Of a stretch of DNA of 64,000 bases, positions 12,324 to 27,247 are shown in pieces. The stretch is from Podarcis liolepis (taxonomy: Eukaryota), in the NCBI GenBank assembly GCA_965112155.1, contig OZ218109.1; one strand, 5' to 3'. A program made the position numbers and the translations under genes. Within the stretch, counting starts at the first letter, position 1. Each line of letters begins with the position of its first letter. The notes beneath the pieces are model-generated. The model saw only the letters and a program-made list of their open reading frames with translations. It had not been told where the DNA came from and made no database searches.

Positions 12324-14764
12324 TAACCTCAAAGTTGTGGAAACAACTGAAGCCACTGCAGGATTTCAATAGGAAGGTGAAAAGTAATACGTCAGGATTC
12401 ACCTAACACACTCTGTCAGTGAAAGTCCTTCTCCGACACACATGCACACAAAATTGGCTCTGGGGAGGTCAGGTGGACACCCAGAACAGTGTGGGGACTG
12501 TTTGTAATAGCATGACACTGAATTCCACCCATAGCCTTCTGATCAGGCTGTTGCAGCAGAAATGTGTTTCCTACAATCTCTTCCTATGGAAGGGCAATTT
12601 AATCAGAATCATCTCAAAGGCTAAACAAGGAAGGCTTATGAATTATGGGTCTCCCTAGCTTTTCCTACCAAGTGCATTACGATTCTGCTCCAAAGATAAA
12701 ATATAAAAACTACAGCTAGTTGTAGTGCTAGCAAAATGGCAGAGCATGGCACTCAAGTGTCACTACCCCAGATACTTCCCTTGAGACTATGTGGAAGACA
12801 GGAATGTTGGCAAGTAGTTGTGCGAAGAGGGGGCTCTGGCAGCTCCTCCTCCTCCTCCTGTAATTCTTTCCCTAGGCCACTGCTCTACATACCATCCCTG
12901 CATAGACATATCAGCTGAAGCACACTGAAAACAAACAAAACCAAGTAAGAAAACCCAAGCCACATATTCCAAAAACTCAGACATACCGGTACATAATATC
13001 TCAATTTTTATTACAAATTAATATTGGAATGGCTCCTGGTTCTATGTTCATAATTCCCAAAATAAATTTGAATAACTGAATAATTTGGGGTGGAAGAGAT
13101 AAGACTCACTCTTACTCTAAACATGTAGTGTACATTAGGGTAAAGCGTACATTAGATGTGCATTAAGTCATTTGGAAAGTCCAGCACATAGTCGAAGGAA
13201 AGGTCACCAAGTTAACCTAAATACAGACAGCTGAGTGCGAACCAAGAACATAACTGACCCACAGAGCCATTTCCAACTGAGATCAGCAGAGGAAAAGTCT
13301 GTAGACTGTGGCATAGGAAGAGACTTCTTTTCCAGCAGTGCTGCCATAACCACTGCAGAGCTTTCATCTCCAACTTCAGTATGATGCGAGTCCCAGCTGT
13401 GCTTTACATGTCTGCTTGCCCTTACCTGTTCTCAGGAGAAGAACACTCAGAGGCAGCCCTGTCTCATAGTCGAAGGACAGGCTGTTGTTCTACAGTTCAA
13501 TCAGTTTGTCACAAAGGTTACCATGAAGCTCACCCTGTGCTATCTTCCCAGTGTCCAGCAATCCTGCACGCTGTCTATATCTCATAGGACAGAACATCGG
13601 GTTTTTCACCAACCTGAAAGGGTCACATGAACTCTCAAAAGGCCATCAGACCACAACTATTAAGTCTAGTTTATTTCTTACCAACTACTAGCTCATTACA
13701 GAATAACCATACTTAACTGGCTCAGAGAAGCATGTTATGGGGTTTTGTCAAGCTTTTTTTTCAGTAGCAGTAAGCTGCTGTCTTGTTTCCATTTATAGTG
13801 TACAGCATATTTGAATTTGAGTAGAGGAAGTATGCCTCCTACCACAATGCCGCTCCCTCCTATGCACGCAGCTGGCAGGCATAGTAAACCTTGTATCTGG
13901 TGGCATAAGGGTGGGAAACATAAAGTACAAGAAACCACACAAATACAATCTATTCTGTGTGGCTCAGTTTTCCTTTCCATTGCTATGTAAGATCCCTTTC
14001 AAAGCACAGAACCCACAGAACTATGCAAGCCTAATTACATGGAGCCACAGTATTTTGAGAGCTATCTTAGAATAAGAAATGACACCAGAAAACATATTGG
14101 CCTAGCAAACATTTCAGCAGTTTCAGGCCTGGTAAATCTAATTTAAGACCAATAGAAAAGGAAACTATGCCAATGAGTTGCCACATGCTGATTTGGGCTT
14201 CTTTTGGCAGCTTATGGACTTTGTGGTTCTGTGGGGAGATACCTTTTCTAACGATTCCAGGAGTCATACATTATTTTAGGCATTTGGAAGCATAAGGGGA
14301 AATTCCAAGCACACATTTTGGTTGCCTGGGAAAGATTATATTTAGTAACTTCTGTGGTCTTCAGATTGCTATAAAACAAAGTATTTTTTAAACACGACGC
14401 TAGAGAAGGCATTTTTAAGCTCTCTCTTTTGTAGACCATCATTTAGTTTGGCTACGACTTCTCCCTTTGCAGTATGACTAGCTGACAAAGACAAATTCGT
14501 TTTTTTAGAAAAAAATGTAAATTCATTTTACATCATTCCTTTATTTTTGATAATTGGAATTTTGGAGTTAGTAGATTTTAGTTTCTTTCAATCAAAATTT
14601 CAAACTATATTATAGTGTTAATTATCGGTATCATGACATTTTAAATTTATCTTTAAAATTGCAATAAGAATTAACCATGATATATGTTTGTATAACATGC
14701 ACACAGTTCAATATGTCACAATTAAAAAGCACTATCAAATATACCTTGGTAATATCCAGCTTGG

Positions 14765-15335
14765 CCAATGGAGTGCTACACCAGTGACCCCCCCCCCCGG
14801 GCGCAAGCCTGGGGCTGTGTATATAGAGGTCCTGGGCTGCCCAGACGACAAGACTTGCTGATATGTTCCAAAGGAAAGCAGAACAATATGTTTGGCACCA
14901 GCTTGGCTGCCGGAGTTGGCGGAAGGAGGCAAGGCAGTGGGAGGTTTAGGATCAGAGTTTTCCTTCTCCTTGATGGGTTACCTTCCCAGGTTGATGAGAC
15001 CCATCTGCATCTCACTTCCCTCTATAGCGTGTGCATAAACCACCTTCTTGACCACTGGACCAACTACCAGTTTCATGCGCTTACGCAACCAGATCCAGTC
15101 ATCACATGCAGGGGAAGTCCTTGATCCACTGAGGGTTGAGACCAATCGGCAACCCTCACCTGATTTAGCGAGCCAGTCAAATCCATTTCCCGGGGTATGG
15201 CCACTGTCGCATGCTGGCAGCTTCTAGGAGCCACAGGTGAGAGCTGAGTGCAGGGTGGGGACCAAAGGTGGCCAAACTACTCCAGAAGGAGCACAACATG
15301 TCCCCCACCAGAGGTACCATCCCTCCTGCCACACC
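14765..15335 (-). mobile_element. Second copy of the non-autonomous RTE-derived element
   Basis: Reverse complement aligns by eye with 2272-2920 (ctcctagaagctg, gacttcccctgc, agagggaagtgag, gccaagctggtgccaaacat, gcactccattg). It has a longer 5' end and internal deletions. Confidence 0.6.
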
Positions 15336-16744
15336 TCAAATGTGCTCTAAGGGTTTGGAAAGTGTAACTGATGCAGAATGGTGTGGCAAGATTGCTTCCA
15401 GGTACACTTTACAAAGATCATGTCATTCCCTTTTTGTTTGATCTCATTGGCTCCCAATTTGTTTCCAGGCACAATTCAAGGAAATAGTTATTCAAGGAAA
15501 TAGCAACAAGTCCACCATTCCGAATGACTTTGTATACAGAGCTTATGCTTTAGTGGAAGCGGGATGATGGTGTAGATGGGGCAAGAGTGCCCAATTTGAC
15601 CTATGGAAAAGCTTTTGGGCATGGCAGAATCCCAGGTACAGTTTGTTCCTAGAGTCAGAGTTGGTTTGAGGAGGAAAGGAATCATGGAAAGACTATAAAG
15701 ATCCATAGCTTCCCAGAGCTGTGGGGTGGAAATCAATCACATTAGTTGCTGTTTAGACCTGTTCAACTCCCTCTCACTGAACCAACAGTAGAGTTTACGC
15801 ATTCTTAACACCATGCTCAACCAATCAGTCATTTGCTTATTGCAGCAGCCACCATACCCACAACCTGGGGGGAGTTCCTCCCACTGCTACTGGAAATCCA
15901 ACACTGCCAGTTACCTTATTGGCACCTTGGACCAAAATATAGTAGATTCCATCACTGCCCTGCATACAGAAAAGTCAAGTATTGCAGATATTAAGAAGAA
16001 ACAATTCAACAATGAATATACCACTCAACAAAGGATGTGCTCTTCTTATAAGACTTTCCCCACCCTCAAGAAAGCATTACAGCCTATTGCTGTGAACCGC
16101 CCCGAGAACTATGGATGAAGGGTGGTATACAAATTTAATAAAGTAAAATATCAATACTGCAATAAATAAATATGATGATTTTAAAAGGCAAACTTCTAGC
16201 AAATGCCAATAGCAAAAACATACAGCAAAACCATATATAGAGCATGACACCTAAATTAGATATTCAGATGTTATTATGATCAACAGGTCAAAAAGACAAA
16301 ATACAAAATTGCAGCCTCATTGAAGCAAACTGTTTAAAACCTGACAGTCTAAGAACAAGAAATATGACACCATTCAGATATTTTGCCACCTGCTCTGTAA
16401 TAAGATCAACTAGGAAGCTGTCATATAAAAGGATATACAATACATTCTCTAAGCTCCTGATAAAAACTACAGTAAAAGAACACATGAGACTGTTTTGGTC
16501 TTTGTGTGGTTACATGAACAGCCTCTATCTTTAAATGAAAGCTCTCTAGCAATTCTGCCATCTAAACTCTTTGAAGAATTAATATTAAAATGGTCCAATA
16601 AAATACTCTTCTGTACTGAGGCATTGGTATTGACACACCATTATTAGAAGCAGATGAAGCCAGGACCAATGACGTACAGTAGATGTTCCCCTAGCTAATA
16701 GATGTAGCTCTTGCCCGCCTATATATTTATTCTCTATTCAACTA

Positions 16745-17460
16745 CTAATTCCAGTGAGAGCAGAAAACAGGAGAAAAACCAACAGCAGTTTTTTTCCACT
16801 TAACTCGCTTTTCCAGAAATACACAAAGCAGCACCTGACAGACCAGAGAGTTGGAAGAGGTAAAGGAGCAAATTTGAAGCCAATAATGAATTGAGTATGT
16901 CCATGCCAAGCTACTTAATGAGCTAAAACTGACTTCCAAATTAAAAGCAGCACCAGCAACACATTTAGGTATAGTTCTAAGAAAGGAAGACTGAATTCCT
17001 TCCAAAGAAAAGTTGAGTCCTGGAAACAAGATTGAGGCTCCAAACAAAATCTGGGTCACAACTTTTTGCAGCCTACATACATATGGTTGCTGGAACAAAT
17101 TTACTTCCTGTTGTGTAGAAAAATCCAATTAATGTTATTATTGTATGCTTTGCTTTGACCTTTGCTAATTTGTCCTGCACTTCCTAACTGGTAGATTCAT
17201 GAAACAGGATCCCAAGATACTTATCCATACCCATGGCCGAAGTTTACTTGGCCTTCCCTTTTGGAAAGACCATTAACTTTTGACTTCTCATAGTTAATAT
17301 TTGTTTCAATAACAATCTGCAATAATTTGCAAGTCATCTAAGTCCCAAGTGGGTTTGCAAGGTTAAAACAGCATCATCTGCATATAATAAAATGTAAACA
17401 GCTGAATTATACACATTGGACCATAAATGTCACCTAAAACTCTTAAGAACAAGAATCCAT
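16745..17460 (-). mobile_element. Degraded non-LTR retrotransposon RT fragment (RTEX-like)
   Basis: The minus strand encodes ILLYADDAVL (YADD at 17384-17373), then INYEKSK, KYLGILF and LEGIQSSFLRTIPKCV across frameshifts and stops. Confidence 0.75.
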
Positions 17461-20400
17461 TAAAAAAACAACCCCAAAAACAACAGCTATGAGATGAGAG
17501 CAAATCAGCTATGATACTACCATTAATTATAAGAATAAACGGTGACCCAAATGTAAATAGCCATACTTATAAAGCCAGCTAGTTCATCAATCAATGAAAG
17601 AAATTGACACAACAAATTTATATGCGCAGTTTCACAGACAAAAGGGAGACCAAGAGGACTTCAAAAGTATCTCCATTCCCCCGCCCAGAAAACCACAGCA
17701 TCAAAATGTCACTTCAGCATACAAAGACATACCCCAAACACAATATCAACTGGTGGTTAGGCTCTTTCCCCTTCTAAAGGCACCAATTTTCTAGCCAGTG
17801 AAATGTAACAGGGAGATCTTAAGTCCTACTGTAAATCCTTAAAGGACTTTCTGGCACATCTAACACAAGGTATTTGCTACTGGACAATTAATTCTTCATT
17901 CTATCTGCAGCATCAATATTTTCTTCAGTGCAATACAAAGAGAAGCATTTCACAGCAACAAAGTTTTAAATAAGGAAAAAAATGTTATAGTATCGTTTTG
18001 GTTGGTTGCTCTTTCAGTCAGTTTTATTTTGTTCACATACTGCATGTTGTCTTTATACAGTGCAGATCGGCTTGGCAGCTCTTCCAAAGAGCTGGAAATG
18101 CTTGTTGAACAAGTGTAGCAAGAAGTTCCCCACCCACGTTTTCATTATGACTTGAAGAAGGATACACACTAAAATGAACAGTTCATTAATGTCTGCTCCT
18201 CCACTGCAACACAGCATAGGCTTTTAACTGTAAAACGCGTCTCTCATGTTTGCAATTATGGAAAAATCATTACATTTTCAAAACTTAAATTCATCTATCA
18301 AGGGATTTTGAAATTTTGTAAACTGAAATTAAATAAAACAGATTTCTTTGCAATTGCTACTGTTAAGAACAAATAGTTTACTTTAAAAACTGAGCTCTCA
18401 GGCTATAATCATTTAAAATGGTTTAGAAACTACCCAACAGACAAGCAGGCTCCAGCAATGTTCTATACAAGGGGACCTGCAAGAACATTTGGCAGTGTGC
18501 AGTGCTTCTGTTAAGGCCTCCAGCCAGCCAGCTATGCCCTTTTCCAGGATATTCTATATCCAATTCCTCTCCATCCCCCGTTCTGAATTACTCCTCCTCA
18601 AAAAGGCACTCTTCTGTGACCACTGAGCATGCTTAACTGGCAATTGGCTCCTTTTGGATTCTCCCATATGTATGGATGATGCCACAAGGATCTACACTCC
18701 AGGAATGAACTCCCTATTAGGTTCTATTATTCTAATGCTGTTAGCTTTAGTAACAGAATATTAAAATATTAAAATATACATACATCAATTTAAAATACAA
18801 CTGAGTATCACGAATACCCCCCCCCTGCAAAAGTGGAAAAAACTGATTAGTAGTCAATAGCTTGGTGTGACAAATGCACAAGTATATTCAAACTGCCAAG
18901 AAAGGTGGGGAGAATGTAACTAGAATCCCAAGATAAAAATTTCCTCATATTATGTATGACCTAGAGACATGGTGAGGGAAGCAAAACCATGAGCCTTGGT
19001 CAATAATCTTGAGAAAGCCTCTAATTGTTGGCCTTCTACCCACTTATAAGATGGGAATGTCAACACACAGCTACTGTGCCTCTTTCTGCATCATTAGGAT
19101 AATTAGGGTTATCTATGGCTGGGAGCCAAAGAGCCCTTGTGCGTATCTAAGGCACTTGCACACATGGACAGGGCAATCCTAACCATAAGAAATAAATTAT
19201 ATTGAATTCAATGGAGGTTACTCCCATTGGGATTAGGATTGCAGCCTAAATATTTGAGAAGAGAGTTTCCACTGTGCAAATTTCTCCCATCCAACCAGTG
19301 TGTCTAGTTCTCAGGCTGGCCTACACACAGGCCCTTTGTATTTCTTGCTCTGAGTCTGAAGGAAACAGTTTTTGGTTGTTGAATGGGGAGGGGGAAGGAT
19401 TGTATTCTTTTGTTTTAGTGTGTTGACTCATTGTTTGCAGTTTTTATTCTGAGTAGAGGTCTCAAAAGTTGGAAGTGGCCCAGGCCTCTCTACACCTCTG
19501 AGAGGACCTGTCCAGAAGTACTAATGAAAGAGGAGTCTATTATGCCAGTCACTTTCCCTCCTCTGACTCAGAGAGCTCCAACTCAGAAGTCTTAACAGAA
19601 CCACAGACTCTCCCAATCTGTCACGGCAGGCTGGATGAGGCACTTTGTCTCACTTAAGGTGAAACTAGCAACTCAGATAGAGCTGCAGCTTCAATTAAGT
19701 CTGAAAATCTGCCATTCTCAGGCAACATTTAATCTCTACTGTTATGGAGTCTCTAGCCTGAGTTTTGCATTGAGTTATGAATCTTGAAACCCTTGCATTG
19801 CCATAACCCAGAGACTTTACCCTGCCTTGACTTCTTACTCTGGTGGCCTAAACCGGATTTTTTGCCTTGATTCAGAACCCCTGTACTCTCAAAGCTATTG
19901 CCTGGAACAGAACTGGCACCCTCACTTTCACTATGTCTGTCTGCAGAAACATACTACTTGTTAGTTGCAGATTGGATTAAAGTGAATCTAATTTAAAAGT
20001 ATGTTAGCCACATTCTTTTCCACTATAGGATCATTCTACCTACAACAAATCTATGGGCAGCTTATCACTACAGAAGTCATATTTATGACTGATACAACTT
20101 GAAACTACTCAGATTGACTGGAATTTTATAGATTTATTTATTTGCTAATTACATTTTATGAAAAACAATTTCAGGATTGTGCCCCATCCCACATCACCGG
20201 CAAGAAGCTGAGCCAAGTTCAATGTATACCTTTCTGAATCCTAGCAAATATGGCCAAGTTGGAAAAGCAGAGACGTTTCCCCAACAAATAGTTCACAAAA
20301 CAAGGGAACACTGAACATAGGCTTGGAATATCCAGACGGAGTCTACTCTCCTCTTATGGAGGTTTGAGTTATATCTGCTGCTTTAGTTCTATGCAATGGA

Positions 20401-21089
20401 AAACAAATAACTTAAAGCAATTATAAATTTGGTATTGTGAGCCAAAAATTTGCAAGTATTCACTTACCAACACTGAATCAACCTTCTTCCCTAAACTATC
20501 TAAAATCAAAGTATAAGAAGAACAAGTCAACAGGGATGCAATTAGTCTTTAGTGATTTATTTTTTACAATTTACTGAGATTACAAATTTCCATATGAATG
20601 ATAATAGCATCTTGTATGTAATTACAATGCAGAAAAGATTGCAAGTACCACCAAAAGATCAGCCAACAACTTCTAGCTAGCTTTCTTCAACAGAAGTGAA
20701 ATGGGTACATGAAAGATTGCAATAATAAGATATGCAGAAACTGATATTTTTAAGAACTAGTATGCTACTCGTATAGTCAAATGAAAACCAGCTTCACTAT
20801 TATATGACAAAATCTATAATAAAATCAATTGCATGCAAGAAACCCTACTCTAATCCCCTTTCCCCGCAACTTGAAACAAGGACACTGGTAGAATGAAATG
20901 TAAGGAACAAAAAGGATAGTTCCTCCACTAGGTCTTGTTATCGCTGAATCAACATGCACACAGTATTAATATAGTTGTTTCACACACTGAAGAAACCAAA
21001 CATCCTCATACATTTAATGATTACTGATTAAACATTTCGAAGGTGCTAACACAATAAAAGCAGATGTGTTATGTAACAGATCCACTTAC

Positions 21090-21185
21090 TTTTTTCTCTT
21101 TCTCATGGTGCTTATCCTGAGAGTGAGAGGAAGAATCACTTAAACTTTGATCATATGACCTATTAGATGCCCGTTTGCTCTTTTT
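21090..21185 (-). CDS. MLLT10: MLLT10 coding exon (96 nt): KKSKRASNRSYDQSLSDSSSHSQDKHHEKEKK
   Basis: tctctttttag|AAA...AAA|gtaagt. Phase 0-0. Matches the AF10 sequence after the PZP domain. Confidence 0.95.
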
Positions 21186-22299
21186 CTAAAAAGAGAAAAT
21201 ATATATACATACATATATATATATATATATTCATGAAATGAATATACGTAAAAGCCATCTACACCATGTCTGACAAGCACCTTATCAATCAAAACACAAA
21301 TGCACAACTCCAGAGCTAACCAAAACACTCATAATCTACACAGTTCTGAAGAGTATGAAAAGACAAGAATAAAAAGCCTGCTATCTTCACTGCCACTATT
21401 TGTAAAGGTACCTTTAATAAAGTCAGTATCATAAGATTAAAAGCATTATTTTGCTGAATTTGCATATATTAAGACATGCTTATGTGAAGCAAACTCTTTC
21501 TGGCTTAAATAAACAGCACCTATTAGTAGTTCCCAGCCTAAAGAATTAGCAACTTCTATTCATTTGCTCATTGAAGCTGACAGTTAAACAGCTAAAGAGC
21601 AGCTGCTTCAGAATCAACCTATTTCAGAATCAACAGTATTTCTAGGTAATCATACCTTTAAAAAAGTAGAGTCAATCCAAGTATTAAAACATTTCCCAAG
21701 AAGCAGAATTTATATTAGACTTGTATTTTTTTATTATCTATGCAATATTTATTTGCATAGTGCTTAAAAATAACAAATAAATGTTTCAACAACTGTAGCC
21801 TCAATAATCCTCAATATAATTCTGGCACATTACTTACTTGTACTTTTATAGTGCTGAAGAAAGTAATGCACAATTCAATTTTTTTCATGCATTAAAAACC
21901 AGAAAATGCAAGTTTGAGTACACTGGAGAATTCTGCAACCATTCAATGAATGCTCTCTTTCTTACTTGGGTAACACATTTTTCCGTGGACTTTCTGCCAG
22001 GCATGAATTTTATTGTTTCAAGGTATCATGTCACTGACTGAAGAAAAGTGGGGATTTATAAAATACTGCAGAACAACAGGTGTTTAAATATATGAATTGA
22101 AAGTTCATGGGGAAAACTGTGTCTTTCATTATTAGAAGCCCAACCACTTAAAAAGCCCAATCCTGTACTTTTTCAGGCATCATTCCATAACAAGGAAAGC
22201 CACAGAAATTTGAAAAATTGTAATGATTCTACGGCGACTACTGATCTATACAGAGGTTATTAGAGCTACAAGTGCAAAGATGTCTGAGGCAGATAGTGC

Positions 22300-23864
22300 T
22301 GCTAAGAAATGAAGTTTTACATCTAATAGATCACTTGGTCTGGGTGGCATTCACTTGCGAGTTCTCAAAGAACTCAAATGTGAAATTGTTGATATTCTAA
22401 CAAAAAAATGTAACTTGTCCCTGAGAACTAGAAAGCAGCCAGTGTGCACCAATTTCTAAAAAGGGAACTGGGAGAATCCTGGAAATTACAGGCCAAATAG
22501 CTTAACGCTTATCCCAAGAAAAATGGTGGAAAGAACTGTCAAAGACAAAATAATGACGCATATAGAAGAACAAGCCTTGCTGAAGCAGAGCCAACATGGC
22601 TTCTGCAATGGCAAGTCCCGTCTTACTAATCTGTTATGGGTCTTTGTGGGAGATAGGAAGCATACAGATAATGTGTACATGGACTCTCAAAAAACCCTGG
22701 CTCCCGACCAAGCTTAACAGTCATGGAATAAAAGGAGAGGTCCTCTTGTGCATCAGGAATAAATGGCAGTTGTAGAAAGTGGAGGCCCCCTGGAATCCGT
22801 ATTGGAACCTGTGCCTCTTTATTCGTTCATAAACAATTTAGAATTAGGAGTGAGCAGTGATGTGGCCATGTTTGCTGATAATACAAAATTGTTCAGGGAT
22901 ATTAAAACAAACTGAGTGAATGGGCAGAAAAATGGCAATAGTAATTCAATGTAAACAAGTATAATGTTTCGCATGTTGGTACAAAAGAAATCTTACACAC
23001 ACACACACACACGCACATGATCCTGAGGTCTGAGCTGGCAGCAAGTGACCAGGAAAGAGACCTTGAGATTATAATGAATAGCTCAATTAAAATGTTGACC
23101 TGGTGGGCAACAGCTGTGAAAACTGCAAATTCCATACTAGGGATCATTAGGAAAGGAATGGAAAATAAAACTGCCAATATCATACTGCCGTTATACAAGT
23201 CTATGGCATGACCACGTTTGGAATACTGTGTACAGCTCTGGTTGCTTCACTTCAAAAAGTGTATTCAAGAGTTAGAAAAGTTTCAGAAAACTGTGACCAA
23301 AAGGATCAAGGGGTTGGAAAAACTCCCCTATGAGGAAGTTGCAACATTTTGGACTTTTTAAATCATAGGAAAGGTGAGAAAGAGGTGACATGATAGAAAT
23401 TTATAAAATTATGCATGGCATGGAGGAAATGGAAAAAAGGTTTTTCTCCCTCTTTCATAACACTAACACTAAACACATTACACTAAAACTTGTAGCCATC
23501 CAACACAAAAACTTGTAGCATTCCAATGAATGTTGGAAATTTTGGGGCAGTTAAAAGAAAGTGCAATGCGTAGTTAAACTATGGAACTTACTTCCACAGT
23601 AAGCAGAGATGGCCACCAACTTGGATGGCTTTAAAAGGGGAGTAGACAAATTAATGGACAATACAGCTATCAGTGACTAGTAGTCATGATGACAATGGTC
23701 TGCCTCCACAGTCAGAGGCAGCCATGCTTCTGAATACCAGCTTCTGGAAACGACAGCAGAGGAAAGTGCTCTTGTGTTCAGGTCCTGTTTGCAGGCAGCC
23801 CATAAGCATATGGCTGGACTAGACAGGTCTCTGCCTTGATCCAACAGGGCTTTCCTTATATTCT
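22300..23864 (+). mobile_element. CR1 LINE, 5'-truncated and decayed (ORF2 RT region plus 3' UTR)
   Basis: Fragments NYRPNSLT..., QSQHGFCNGKSRLTNLL, FADNTKL, ERDLEII...KTANSILGIIRKG...ILPLYKSM, PRLEYCVQLW, with many stops. The 3' end reads tgatccaacagggctttccttatattct. Confidence 0.92.
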
Positions 23865-26227
23865 CAAAGAGAATAGGTGGTTGTACTTTCATGCCCCTGG
23901 ATCTGCATGACAACTGCTCATCAGATAATTATGTTTGCATAGGAGTCTATGTGCATAAAGTCTAACACAAGTCAGCCCTATGTACCACAAAACTGAAATT
24001 TACAAGTTGCACATTTTAGGTTGTGGCTGTGTACACCAAAATGCAAACAAAACATCCAAAATTTGACTGCTGAGTGGGCTGGGGACAGAAAGGGTCCAAT
24101 CCCCTTACTATAGACAAAACATTTAAAAATGCACATATTACATCAGAAGCCATACTGTCAGCTCCACTGCATGATCTCAGACATGCAGGTTTATAGAGTC
24201 TTGGCTGTGCCATTAGTAAACTGTGAGATATTAACATCAGCACTCATTTTACATAGATAAACTTATTTTCTATCAATGCAAGTACAGTAGTCAAATGCAA
24301 ACAACTGAATAAGTGGAGTTATTCCTGCTTATGTGGAATTTGAAACCTTAACTCCACTTTGATCAGAGATCCTTATAAAATATTAAGGCTTTCAAGGAGG
24401 AGAAAAGAACAGAATAAAATCCTAATCCCTAGTACTAGTGTTCAAGTAAAGCCAAGTAGCCAAGGCAATTCCAGTTATAGTTGTTTCTAGCATTTACTGA
24501 TAGCAGAATAAACAGTCCTCCTGCTGATACTAGCGCTACAGGGAGGCAAGCAATTCTGAGCTGCCATTCCAATCCAGAAGACATGAAGACATCTATGTGC
24601 AAAACAATGAAATGAAAGCAAGATGACTAAATCCACATGGCAAAGCATGGAAAAATCCAGGAAAAGAAAGTGGGGAGTCAGGAGGGTTTACAGTAGCAGC
24701 AAATGAAGATCAGAAGGGAAAGGAAAGGAAACTTTTACAGAACTTAAGTGTGTCCTGGGAAGGGGAGGGACTGAGCAAGGATAAATATCAGGCATCTTAC
24801 TGAGGGTCCATTGCCTGTAAGATCTGAGAAATACCAAATTCAGGTCTAACACTTTAATATGCTAGAGTGGGGAAAACCTGTATACACAGCAGAATCCTCA
24901 CTAGTCAGCTCTTAAGTATATATAGCTTATGAATAAGTTAAATCAGATTCATTCCACATCTCTGGATCACATTCTGCATTGACAACACTTGCTTATCTTG
25001 AATCCCAAAGGAATCAGAATCTAGCATTTAAATCATAGGTTGTAAAGCCCAACTTTTGGTGAACAACCTGCAGGTGCTGAGGAGTATCTGTTTCAGGATC
25101 ATTTACAGCTGTTATTCTATATCAGGGGTGGGGAAGCAGTGGCCTTCAGGCCAAATCAGCCCCAACATGGGACCAAATTTGGCCCACAAGGCACTTTCCC
25201 CCCAAACCATGCCCACCTGCCCACACCTGATGTCAGGTGTCATGCAGGTAGAGATGGAGCAGCAATGAAACAATCTGGAGCCTTAATCTACACCCTCAGA
25301 GTACAGATAGAACAGAAACTGGCAACAAGCACAGAAACTAATGGGAGCTGTTCAGAAATAATCAAATGTCACTTGAAATCCTACACAGAAAAAATTTTTT
25401 AGGAGAAGGACAAAATATATAAATTAGGAAACTCAGAATTGGAAGAGAATATAGCTTTATTTGCTGCATCAGAAACCTAGGAGAATACTGAAAAGTCAAC
25501 AGCATGTGATTATCCTCACATACAATTTTTAAAGAAATGGCATTAGTTAACTGAATAAATGAGAAAACTTAGAACAAAGTTTATCCCCAAAATCCAAGTA
25601 AAAATAATAAGATATGGCTATTGCTCTAATAGTGACTGACAGCATAAATCCTATGCATGTCAGTTCAAAAGCAAGTCTCGCTGAATTCAGTTAGACTTAC
25701 TCCCATTTAGGCTTGTAAAATAGGCTAAATTACAAAAAGGTTGTCAGGGATGCAGCTAGGGTTGGAAATATTATAACAAGAGACTCCAAGAAATTTCTCA
25801 GGGGGTGGGGGAATCGTACCACAATAGGCACAAGTTTTCTAGAGACAATAAATGACTCCAGATGGGATGGTCAATCATGGAACTCATCAAAAAGAAAACT
25901 TATGTATTTAATCCCAAAAGGTGAATAAGATCTGGCAGAAGATGCAAACAATGAACACAATACAATCATGCTTAAATATAGTGAATATGAAAAAATGACC
26001 AGAAATTCCCTTAGTCATATTAAACTGTAAAATGGGGAATCAACATTAATATTATGGTTATTATTAGGTAAAAGTAAGCTAAAACATACATAGTTGGGAG
26101 AGCCAAATCACTTCAAGAAGCTTGGAAATTATTTTAAACTTCTTTAATAATAGCTACAACAGGTGAAAATAGGCACCAATAAATCTGAAAAGATGAAAGG
26201 GTAGTTAAATAGCAGTATCAAGAAAAG

Positions 26228-26560
26228 GTCCTTTGCACCAGTAGCCTCCCACTTGTTGAATTCAGTTTCTAGAGAGGTCTGCCTCACACCTCGTCTGGTA
26301 GGTTCCCCCCCCCCCCACCTGAAAGGCCTTCTAATTTTCCCAGGCCTTTGTTCATTGTGTTTTGAATATTATTTAATTCAGTGAACTTTTATTCCACTGT
26401 TTTAAATTGTGAATTTATTTATTTGCTCTCTGTTTCAATTGACTGTTCTGATTTTATTGCTGTGTTTTTATTGTACTTTTATTGTAACGTGTATTTTTAT
26501 GTTCAAAGCAGCGCAGATAGTTTTTGTTTTAGGGGGGCACATAAAAATGCAAATAATAAA
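26228..26560 (+). mobile_element. L2-type LINE 3' end fragment, degraded
   Basis: Remnant of the ORF end, a T-rich UTR and an aaataataaa tail. Recognised by pattern only. Confidence 0.45.
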
Positions 26561-27153
26561 GAATGCTATAAAAGTCAAGAATTTTTCTTTCAAAAATTGC
26601 AGGGCTTGCCTGAATTGAAACATAGTGAAGTGCTCTGACAAACCAAATGTACATAAAACAAGCCAGAAAAAAATGCTATTTTAAAAAAATATTAGTTTAA
26701 ATAAGAGCAAGAGAATCGGGAAGCCAGCTTAGTTGCTATTATTATGATAGCTAAAAAAGAACCTTACTATCCATAGGGGACAGAGATCAGTGCACGGCTA
26801 TTACTATCATGTTCTGATTTGGGGCTTCCCAGAGATATCTGGGATTGGGGGGGGGACTGCTGCAAGAATGATGGACTGGATGACTGTCTGATTTAGTTAG
26901 GAAGCTTTTTCTTTATAAGGCAAGGTACACATCTAGTATTAAAATGTGGGTGCTCCCATAACAAAGATTAAACTCACTATGAAATAAAACTGGAAAGTCA
27001 AAATTGTCATTCACTAAATTTTGAAAAATGACCAAAAGATTACATTTTAGTCACTATTTAGTAAAAGCAACACCTTGTTAGTGGTCAATTGTTAAGTGTA
27101 CATGTTATTAGTAAAATACAATATTTGAAACACTAAATTCAACAGATTCTTAC

Positions 27154-27247
27154 CAGCTTACTGAAATGGTATTTACAGTAGCCACAATACTGTACGTTAT
27201 CTGCACCATTTCCTTCTTCTTCACAAAGAAGTCCTGCAAACTGTGCA
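27154..27247 (-). CDS. MLLT10: MLLT10 coding exon (94 nt): (C)AQFAGLLCEEEGNGADNVQYCGYCKYHFSKL
   Basis: ttcttctcag|T...CTG|gtaaga. Visible at the end of ORF-track entry 27139..27594. Encodes the end of PHD2. Confidence 0.97.
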
